Shown here: positions 26,547 to 32,576 of the stretch, in pieces
Numbering within the stretch: the first letter of the stretch is position 1
Layout of the letters: each line of letters begins with the position of its first letter
Assembly (NCBI GenBank): GCA_000996355.1
Contig: LCAH01000007.1
Coordinates: 75,089 to 107,664, forward strand
DNA: 32,576 nucleotides
Reading direction: 5' to 3'
Origin: Candidatus Uhrbacteria bacterium GW2011_GWC2_41_11
GTDB lineage: Bacteria > Patescibacteriota > Patescibacteriia > UBA9934 > GWF2-40-263
Position numbers and translations under genes: made by a program
The notes under the pieces: generated by a model
What the model was told of the DNA's origin: nothing
Databases searched by the model: none
What the model saw: only the letters and a program-made list of their open reading frames with translations

Positions 26547-28592
26547 ATGCCTTTTACGTTAAAATCTTCCTATCAACCAGCGGGTGACCAGCCAAAAGCA
26601 ATTATAGAACTGACAAAAGGATTGCATGCGGGAAAGAAATTTCAGACGCTTCTTGGTGTGACAGGTTCAGGTAAGACATTTACCATGGCCAATGTGATTC
26701 AAAATATCCAGCGACCTACGCTTGTGATTGCCCACAACAAAACATTGGCCGCACAGCTTTGCAATGAGTTCCGTGAATTTTTTCCACAAAATGCGGTTGA
26801 ATATTTTGTCAGTTATTACGATTATTATCAGCCGGAAGCCTATTTGCCTCGTACCGATACCTATATTGAAAAAGAAGCCATGATTAACGATGAGATTGAT
26901 CGTTTACGTCATGCGGCAACCCAAGCGCTTTTGTCTCGAGAGGATGTGATTATTGTTTCCTCTGTTTCTTGTATTTATGGTTTGGGATCTCCGGACGAAT
27001 ATGAACGTACGGTTTTGCATATTCATCTTGGAGAAAATGACATGGGGCGAGGAGAACTTTTGCGACGTTTAGTGGACATGCAGTTTGAACGGACAAATAC
27101 CGATTTGAAACGCGGTCATTTTCGGGTACATGGAAATGTCCTTGAAGTGATGCCGGTCAACCAGGAAGTCATTTATCGCGTTCTTTTTGATGGGGAATTT
27201 GTTTATCAAATCCAATTATTGGATCAGGTGACGCGCCGGGAAATGGAACAACCAACTGATATGTGGTTGTTTCCAGCAAAACATTACGTTGTGTCTTCCG
27301 AACGGAAGGATTCAGCTCTCCATCATATTCGTGAAGAATTAGAACTTCGGTTGGAAGCATTAGAACAAGAAGGAAAACTTTTGGAAGCGGAACGTCTGAA
27401 ACGTCGAACGCGTTACGATTTGGAAATGATTGAACAAGTTGGTTTTTGTAATGGGATTGAAAATTATTCCCGTTATTTTGATGGTCGCAAACCTGGAGAT
27501 CCTCCGTACACACTCGTGGATTATTTTCCAAAAGATTTTTTGCTCATGATTGATGAATCGCATGTGGCTGTTTCCCAGATTGGAGGCATGTATGAAGGGG
27601 ATCGGGCACGTAAACAAACATTGATTGATCACGGATTTCGTCTTCCGTCTGCAAAAGATAATCGTCCGTTGAAGTTTCAAGAATTTGAAGAGCGGATTGG
27701 ACTGTGTATTTTTACAAGTGCCACTCCGGGAAAATATGAACATGAAAAATGTTCGCAGGTAGTTGAACAAATTATTCGACCGACGGGTCTTGTTGATCCT
27801 CAAGTGACTGTGCGTCCTGTGACTCCAACAAATGGATCAAGAGGACAGGTTGATGATTTGATTCAAGAAATTCATGTACGTATTGAACGAGGTGAACGCA
27901 CACTTGTCACAACTCTTACCAAAAAAATGGCAGAGGATTTAAGTGAATTTTTGACAGACCAAAACGTGAAAGTACAGTATCTTCATTCCGATGTTGATAC
28001 ATTGGATCGCATTACGATTTTGAGTGATTTTCGAAAAGGAACATATGACGTTTTGGTTGGAGTGAATCTTCTTCGTGAAGGATTAGATCTCCCGGAAGTG
28101 ACTTTGGTTGCTATTTTGGATGCGGACAAGGAAGGATTTCTCCGTTCGGAAACATCACTGATTCAAACCATTGGTCGAGCAGCAAGAAATGTACGTGGAG
28201 AAGTGCTTTTGTATGCAGATGTGATGACGGGTTCTTTGAAACGAGCATTGGATGAAACAGAGCGTCGTCGAAATTTACAGATCGCTTATAATCTCGAACA
28301 TGGAGTGACTCCAAAGAGTATTGAAAAGAAAATAAACGATATTCGCGGCATGTTGGGAGGAGAAGAAAAAATAGAGGAGCAAATAAAAAATGTGCTTCAA
28401 GTGGAACTGACGGCTGAACCGCATGAAATGGAAGAAGTGATCAAAGAAAAAGAAATCGAAATGAAACAAGCCGCACAAAAATTAGATTTTGAAACCGCAG
28501 CCATTTTGCGTGATGAAATTGCCTTGTTGAAAAAGGAATTGAAGAAGAAAAAAGCCGACCCTCGTGAAATTGAGAGCCGGCCGAAAAATTGA
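26547..28592 (+). CDS. uvrB: Excinuclease ABC subunit B
   Basis: Walker A GVTGSGKTFT, helicase motifs and the beta-hairpin region. The C-terminal UvrC-interaction domain is DFETAAILRDEIALLKKEL. Confidence 0.95.
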   Translation: MPFTLKSSYQPAGDQPKAIIELTKGLHAGKKFQTLLGVTGSGKTFTMANVIQNIQRPTLVIAHNKTLAAQLCNEFREFFPQNAVEYFVSYYDYYQPEAYLPRTDTYIEKEAMINDEIDRLRHAATQALLSREDVIIVSSVSCIYGLGSPDEYERTVLHIHLGENDMGRGELLRRLVDMQFERTNTDLKRGHFRVHGNVLEVMPVNQEVIYRVLFDGEFVYQIQLLDQVTRREMEQPTDMWLFPAKHYVVSSERKDSALHHIREELELRLEALEQEGKLLEAERLKRRTRYDLEMIEQVGFCNGIENYSRYFDGRKPGDPPYTLVDYFPKDFLLMIDESHVAVSQIGGMYEGDRARKQTLIDHGFRLPSAKDNRPLKFQEFEERIGLCIFTSATPGKYEHEKCSQVVEQIIRPTGLVDPQVTVRPVTPTNGSRGQVDDLIQEIHVRIERGERTLVTTLTKKMAEDLSEFLTDQNVKVQYLHSDVDTLDRITILSDFRKGTYDVLVGVNLLREGLDLPEVTLVAILDADKEGFLRSETSLIQTIGRAARNVRGEVLLYADVMTGSLKRALDETERRRNLQIAYNLEHGVTPKSIEKKINDIRGMLGGEEKIEEQIKNVLQVELTAEPHEMEEVIKEKEIEMKQAAQKLDFETAAILRDEIALLKKELKKKKADPREIESRPKN

Positions 28593-28594
28593 GA

Positions 28595-28858
28595 TTAGAA
28601 ATCTCTTCCACAACCACTGCATTCCCGAGCAAAATTAGTGGTCATTGTTTTGCATTCCATGCAGTAATAAGACCCGAAGGAATCCGTACCGCCACGAACT
28701 GTCCTTGAACAGTGAGCACATGTTGCACCAACACCTCCACCGTTCTCGTTATATTCTCCACAATGAGAACACTGCCAAACACTGATTTTTTTTACAAAAT
28801 TAAAATCCTTATCTTGTGGAACTTGATGGACATTGTTCGGATCAAATTTCGTACTCAT
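28595..28858 (-). CDS. Cys-rich double zinc-ribbon protein (87 aa)
   Basis: Four CxxC pairs (CSHC, CAHC, CMEC, CSGC). Strong RBS AATGGAGGatactcATG. Upstream is a promoter-like TTGACA, 16-17 nt spacer, TATACT. Confidence 0.6.
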   Translation of the reverse strand: MSTKFDPNNVHQVPQDKDFNFVKKISVWQCSHCGEYNENGGGVGATCAHCSRTVRGGTDSFGSYYCMECKTMTTNFARECSGCGRDF

Positions 28859-28998
28859 GAGTATCCTCCATTGGCGTCTTGAATGTGCAATTTCCTCCTA
28901 CTTTCTACCAAGAAAGTATACATTTTTTCATTTCTTTGTCAATCCTCCGAGGCTTCTTAAGTCTGAGTATTGACATAAATTTCTTATTTTATGAAATC

Positions 28999-29041
28999 GG
29001 TGTAGCGTAGTGTAACCAGATATGCCATGTTAAGTGATGTT
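28999..29041 (+). repeat. Copy 1 of a recurring intergenic element (core AGATATGCCATGTTAAGTGATGTT at 29018-29041)
   Basis: Aligns over about 45 nt with copy 2. Contains GTTAAGT (GTTRRRY). Confidence 0.6.
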
Positions 29042-29077
29042 TTCAAAAAATAAAATAAAAATGTAATTTGGGCAATT

Positions 29078-29404
29078 TTAGTACGTATTACCAAAATCAT
29101 CAGGAAATTTTTTGCGTAACCAAACTTCTGCTCGACTGATATAGTCTTGTTTTATAGCCCTATTTCCATCAAATTCTCTAAATACATCTCCAAATAAAGC
29201 GAGTGGCGCTGATGGTGAAAGATCATTATTAATCTTCCAATGTTGATAAAGCAAAATACATGCTGCAAAATATGGACCCTTCTCTTTTAACCATTGATTG
29301 GTTATTTTAGTTTCTTCCAATTCTTCATCCTTGGGTTTACGATCATTTGGAAAACTTAATCGTTCTTGCCCTCTATCAATTTTTGGTGTTTCAATTTCAG
29401 CCAT
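29078..29404 (-). CDS. Hypothetical protein (108 aa)
   Basis: Protein-like composition. No recognisable motif. Confidence 0.45.
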   Translation of the reverse strand: MAEIETPKIDRGQERLSFPNDRKPKDEELEETKITNQWLKEKGPYFAACILLYQHWKINNDLSPSAPLALFGDVFREFDGNRAIKQDYISRAEVWLRKKFPDDFGNTY

Positions 29405-29518
29405 AAAATAAAGTTTAATTTATTAATTTAATTTAAAATTTGCGATAACGTTCGCGCGTGATGCACAGTTGTCGAGCCAAACTGTGATAGTATCGCGTAA
29501 GCGATCATAGTTTGAGTG

Positions 29519-29539
29519 AGGCAATTGGTCTTCAATTGC
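29519..29539. other. Perfect 8-bp hairpin GGCAATTG-gtctt-CAATTGCC inside a ~220-bp structured non-coding spacer
   Basis: Flanking imperfect pairing extends the stem to about 20 bp with bulges. Additional palindromes lie at 29446-29500 and 29581-29599. Confidence 0.5.
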
Positions 29540-29627
29540 CCACAAACTCATTCCATGCCCATCTTACCAAAAATGCAAAACCACCTTGGTTAGAGGTGGC
29601 TGTATACGCGCTGTTGTGCACTGTAAA

Positions 29628-29936
29628 TTAACCAGCTATCTTAAAAGTTGATGTGAAAGAGGATTTTATGAATGGTTTTTTTGCTATTTTTTGTGCAAGC
29701 TCCTGGACTTCAGGATCTGAAATCAAATCACTATTTTCTAAATCATACTTACGAAATAATTCCCACAAAGATTGATGTACCTTGAAATCATCCATTTCTT
29801 CACTACCTTGCTCTCCCCCATAATAAACCATTAAATCTCTCAGTTTAGAGATCAATTCCTTTTTAATAGCAGAACGATTTGCTTCTGTAACTGATTCAAT
29901 TCCCCCTTTCTCTTCTATTCGCGATTCTGGTTCCAT
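29628..29936 (-). CDS. Hypothetical acidic protein (102 aa)
   Basis: Protein-like composition. No recognisable motif. Confidence 0.45.
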   Translation of the reverse strand: MEPESRIEEKGGIESVTEANRSAIKKELISKLRDLMVYYGGEQGSEEMDDFKVHQSLWELFRKYDLENSDLISDPEVQELAQKIAKKPFIKSSFTSTFKIAG

Positions 29937-30018
29937 ATTTTTTAGTTAATAAAAATTTATATACTTTTTTATAGATGAAATTATTATAATACAACATCCG
30001 AAGTTGCGATAGTAATTT

Positions 30019-30062
30019 AGGTATAGCGAAGCGGAACCGGATATGTCGTGTTAAACGATGTT
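30019..30062 (+). repeat. Copy 2 of the recurring element (core GGATATGTCGTGTTAAACGATGTT at 30039-30062), abutting the stop codon of the downstream-oriented gene
   Basis: 22/24 identical to copy 3. Contains GTTAAAC. On the minus strand it begins 5 nt after the TGA of ORF 30062..30907. Confidence 0.6.
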
Positions 30063-30907
30063 CAGAAACCCGCCGACTTTAATCCTTTTATAGAAAAAGC
30101 TGTCGTTAATGCTTTACTACCAAAGCAACCTTGTTTACCTCCATAACGAAACAAAGCATCAGCAGGCCAAGAGCCACCTTGTTCTTGTAGTCTTAACAAT
30201 TTTTGTTTTTCAAAATCATTGTCAATACCGAGTGAATCAGCAAGGGCAGTTCTCATAGCTAAATCTAAAGGGTATTCTGTTTTTTTGATTCTTTGTTGTA
30301 GTTGTTCAGCAAGTTTGGTTTTCATTTTATCTGACAATTCAGGAAACTTTGTCAGTCTTCCCATAAAGTGTAGAAAAGAATCTGGTGATTGATAATAACG
30401 AGTGCCTGTCTGGTAAGCACCTGTATGCAAAGTTTCCATAAGCCACTGTTCTGTTTGTTGCATTTCTGAACCTCTGCCAAGTAAATGTGCAAGAATGGTG
30501 TCTAGTATGCGATTTGCGTCATCTTGAACTGATCGTCCAGATTCTAGCAAAACAGAATACCCCAATGCGTTAGTGTCAGTATCTGGTGGATATACTGTTC
30601 TGTCTTCAAAAAAAGTGAACTGCCCTTGCTGTCTTTGATTTTCAATATATTGCAAGGCAGCTCGCGCCGCTTCGCTATGAGGATGATCTTTTAGTGCAGT
30701 ATCAGCAATGGCTATTGTTGAGAAAGTTTCACGAGGCGATATTAGCGGGGGTGCTGAAAAGTCTCTTGAGGCACTTATATAAGAAGGGAAATGACCATTT
30801 TGATGCTCAGATTCCAAATATTGCCGTCCTTGTTCGACAGCTTTTTGTATACTCGGTTCTTTTTCGTTAAATCTTTCAGGATGCATACTTTTTAACAAAT
30901 TATACAA
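30062..30907 (-). CDS. Alpha/alpha-toroid protein with prenyltransferase/squalene-oxidase-like repeats (281 aa)
   Basis: QxxxGxW-type repeats (QEQGGSWPAD, ENQRQQGQF) and a DTDTNALGYSVLL aspartate-rich segment. This is a motif-level call only. Confidence 0.5.
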   Translation of the reverse strand: MYNLLKSMHPERFNEKEPSIQKAVEQGRQYLESEHQNGHFPSYISASRDFSAPPLISPRETFSTIAIADTALKDHPHSEAARAALQYIENQRQQGQFTFFEDRTVYPPDTDTNALGYSVLLESGRSVQDDANRILDTILAHLLGRGSEMQQTEQWLMETLHTGAYQTGTRYYQSPDSFLHFMGRLTKFPELSDKMKTKLAEQLQQRIKKTEYPLDLAMRTALADSLGIDNDFEKQKLLRLQEQGGSWPADALFRYGGKQGCFGSKALTTAFSIKGLKSAGF

Positions 30908-30926
30908 AGGCGGGCTCCTGAATTTC

Positions 30927-31020
30927 GTTTAACGTTTACGTGTAGAGGAAGTCGGCTGGCCGCACTGTGGTACGATCGCGTCGCCACAGGGCGGATAGCC
31001 AATTTGTGTTAAGTCGACAG
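30927..31020 (+). repeat. Degenerate copy of the element (TGTGTTAAGTCGAC at 31003-31020) with an upstream inverse core GTTTAAC and a GC-rich imperfect palindrome ccgcactgtgg..ccacagggcgg
   Basis: GTTTAAC at about 30927 and GTTAAGT at about 31008 bracket an imperfect stem-loop of about 88 bp. Confidence 0.4.
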
Positions 31021-31171
31021 GCTTAAATAGAGCTTCAAGTACATTAATATTAGCAGAAATGTTAGCAAAATTAAAGATTTCCTCTACGCGTTGTTAGCTG
31101 ATGTTTCCTTTTTATTTTGTCCCGCCGCAGCGGGACGTGTACAAAAGATTTTTCAGATTTCTTGGAAATTT

Positions 31172-31212
31172 TTTGAAAACGAAAACCGGAGAACCCATGT
31201 GAGTTCTCCGGC
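31172..31212 (-). terminator. Intrinsic terminator of the GC-rich gene
   Basis: 9-bp perfect stem ccggagaac/gttctccgg followed on the minus strand by TTTTCGTTTTC. Confidence 0.6.
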
Positions 31213-31240
31213 CACCCTGATGTAGGAAAAGAGTGCCAGC

Positions 31241-31750
31241 TTACGAACCGTACTTGGCACGCCAAGATTTGAGCGTGCTCGTGCGGTGCGCGGTGTTGTA
31301 AACCTCGGACATGGCCGCGTAGAGCATGGCCTGTGCCGAAATCACCTGCTGTTCGGTGAAGGGTTGAACCTTGTTTTTGTCCGCCAGGCAAGGCTCCCAG
31401 ACCCGGTCGCCGTTACCGGTGAAGAGAACCGAGTTGAAGCCACCACCAGCCGAGCAGATGAACACGCGGTCGAACTGGCCGTCGCCGTCGAGGTCGTGTC
31501 CGGTGATGGCCTGCGGATTGGGCAGATTCTTGTCCGAGAACAGGCCGCCCTGCGGCACGAGGTGGATCATCCGGAACTTGAACTCACCCTTGTACTGCGA
31601 CTCGTCGATATTGACGTTGTACGCCGCGTACACCCCGTTGTAGAGGTTCCACTCGAGGAGTGGTGAGTTCTTTTCCCGCGCGCAGCCGAAGCTGCTGCCG
31701 AGGAATGTGATACCGAGAACGGCGGCCAGAAACAGTGAGCTCTTTCTCAT
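31241..31750 (-). CDS. Secreted protein (169 aa) with FG-GAP/Ca-binding-like DxDGDG motif, encoded in a markedly GC-rich (about 60%) segment
   Basis: Signal peptide MRKSSLFLAAVLGITFLGSSFGC, DLDGDGQFD motif, RBS AGGAGAGatcacgATG. GC content is clearly higher than in the rest of the window. Confidence 0.6.
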   Translation of the reverse strand: MRKSSLFLAAVLGITFLGSSFGCAREKNSPLLEWNLYNGVYAAYNVNIDESQYKGEFKFRMIHLVPQGGLFSDKNLPNPQAITGHDLDGDGQFDRVFICSAGGGFNSVLFTGNGDRVWEPCLADKNKVQPFTEQQVISAQAMLYAAMSEVYNTAHRTSTLKSWRAKYGS

Positions 31751-32124
31751 CGTGATCTCTCCTGTGAAGGTGTGTTTCTTTGACCGCGGAATATTTCCAC
31801 AGTCAGCTTACCAGAAACAGCCCAGTAAACGTGCCAGTATAGGGTATTTGCTAGATTTTGTCAAGCCCTAATACCGCCACATTGGATCAGGAAGAACTAC
31901 GAGGTACAAAAAGATGTTAACGGAAACAGTTTGGCTGGGTGCAATTCACCTCTTTAATTCCCCTCTTGTGGCCCCTTCCAAGAAGGATAAAAATTTGTCA
32001 TCAAATAATTGATAAAAATCAAAAAAGAAAATAATTTACATCCGATAACAACGTGTATGCGGTTCCGCTTATTGTTCCTCGTCGCTTCATCTATATTTGC
32101 CTTCATTTCACTTCGGCAAACTTC

Positions 32125-32148
32125 GGATATGCCGTGTTAAACGACGTT
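32125..32148 (+). repeat. Copy 3 of the recurring element (GGATATGCCGTGTTAAACGACGTT)
   Basis: 22/24 identical to copy 2. An inverted gcggttccgc segment about 55 nt upstream matches agcggaaccg of copy 2. Confidence 0.6.
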
Positions 32149-32205
32149 TTGTTCAAAATATATTCCTTATTGTAAGAGCCCTTTTTAAATTTTTTGGTCG
32201 TGGTA

Positions 32206-32234
32206 TTGACAGGATTGCTATTTTCAACTATACA
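32206..32234 (+). promoter_or_regulatory. Sigma70-type promoter for the small membrane protein gene
   Basis: TTGACA, 17 nt spacer, TATACA. Confidence 0.45.
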
Positions 32235-32298
32235 ACTTTAAAGCTAAAATAGTGTATTTTTGCATCTTATACTAATAAAATATTGAAGGGAGGGCAGC

Positions 32299-32472
32299 AT
32301 GATTTTAAAAATTTTTAAGTCTTGTTTGTTAATGTTTTCGGTAATCGTTGGGGTTTGGATGTTGTGCACCGCTAAAAGTTCAGGCGAACCTTTTATACAA
32401 ATTGCAGGTATTTTAGTATCAGTGGTATTTCTCACTACATGCCTGTTTGCCTTTAAGCGTATCTGGACATGA
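32299..32472 (+). CDS. Small two-TM membrane protein (57 aa), not in the ORF track
   Basis: Strong RBS GGGAGGGcagcATG with a terminator downstream. Translation is MILKIFKSCLLMFSVIVGVWMLCTAKSSGEPFIQIAGILVSVVFLTTCLFAFKRIWT. The listed minus ORF 32244..32498 is its antisense. Confidence 0.5.
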   Translation: MILKIFKSCLLMFSVIVGVWMLCTAKSSGEPFIQIAGILVSVVFLTTCLFAFKRIWT

Positions 32473-32494
32473 AACATCTTCTCGGCTTGCTTAG

Positions 32495-32529
32495 TCACTC
32501 ACCTGGTTTTTTCGTGAGTGATTTTTTTT
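32495..32529 (+). terminator. Intrinsic terminator
   Basis: 8-bp stem tcactcac/gtgagtga followed by a T-run of 8. Confidence 0.6.
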
Positions 32530-32576
32530 CTTTTCCAAAAAAAATTTCAAAAAAGGGCTATTAAAAAATAAAATTT

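Noticed and set aside
30020-30066. Canonical integron attC fold for the individual repeat copies
   Set aside because: I could identify R''-like (GTTTAAC/ACTTAAC) cores but not a convincing complementary R' box and L''/L' pair by hand. This is kept as a hypothesis only.
31286-31666. Plus-strand ORFs 31286..31666 and 31371..31643 in the GC-rich segment
   Set aside because: High GC produces long spurious antisense frames. The minus-strand ORF has a signal peptide, an RBS and a terminator.
28999-32148. CRISPR array as an explanation for the recurring elements
   Set aside because: Repeats are about 1 kb apart and not uniform in length, the intervening sequences are protein-coding, and no cas genes are present.
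28999-32148. Xer/dif site as the identity of the recurring element
   Set aside because: The element contains TGTTAAA resembling the XerD arm of dif, but it is not arranged as an 11-6-11 inverted repeat and occurs at least three times.
32244-32498. Minus-strand 84-aa ORF from the track
   Set aside because: It is antisense to a shorter plus-strand ORF that has a near-consensus RBS, a promoter and a downstream terminator.

Overview
The window is a low-GC (roughly 40%) bacterial chromosomal segment with compact, mostly housekeeping content. Lineage is uncertain; it could be a small-genome, CPR-like or other low-GC bacterium, and I cannot tell from the sequence alone. Core genes I can support are: a partial cation:proton antiporter, an MsbA-like ABC exporter, typA/bipA, tRNA-Gln(CUG), dus, a zur-znuA-znuC-znuB operon with a palindromic operator, ppa, a YjjX-like ITPase/XTPase, secD (carrying an inserted parvulin-type PPIase domain) and secF, uppP, mnmA and uvrB. 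Accessory or unusual content falls into four places. (1) A nucleotidyltransferase and a radical-SAM enzyme form a two-gene operon next to two unknown genes, wedged between typA and the tRNA gene. (2) Two tandem paralogous small ORFs are translationally coupled to dus. (3) A membrane protein sits upstream of a HerA/FtsK/TraD-like P-loop ATPase that ends in a ClpX-type zinc ribbon, and an orphan paralogous zinc-ribbon ORF lies elsewhere. (4) The last ~3.7 kb (28.9-32.6 kb) is a cassette-like array of unrelated small genes, one clearly GC-rich and foreign. These are separated by long structured non-coding spacers that carry a recurring ~24-45 bp element with a GTTRRRY-type core spaced about 1 kb apart, reminiscent of integron attC or CALIN-like sites but not proven. 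Coordinates of non-CDS features are hand-derived and may be off by 1-2 nt.
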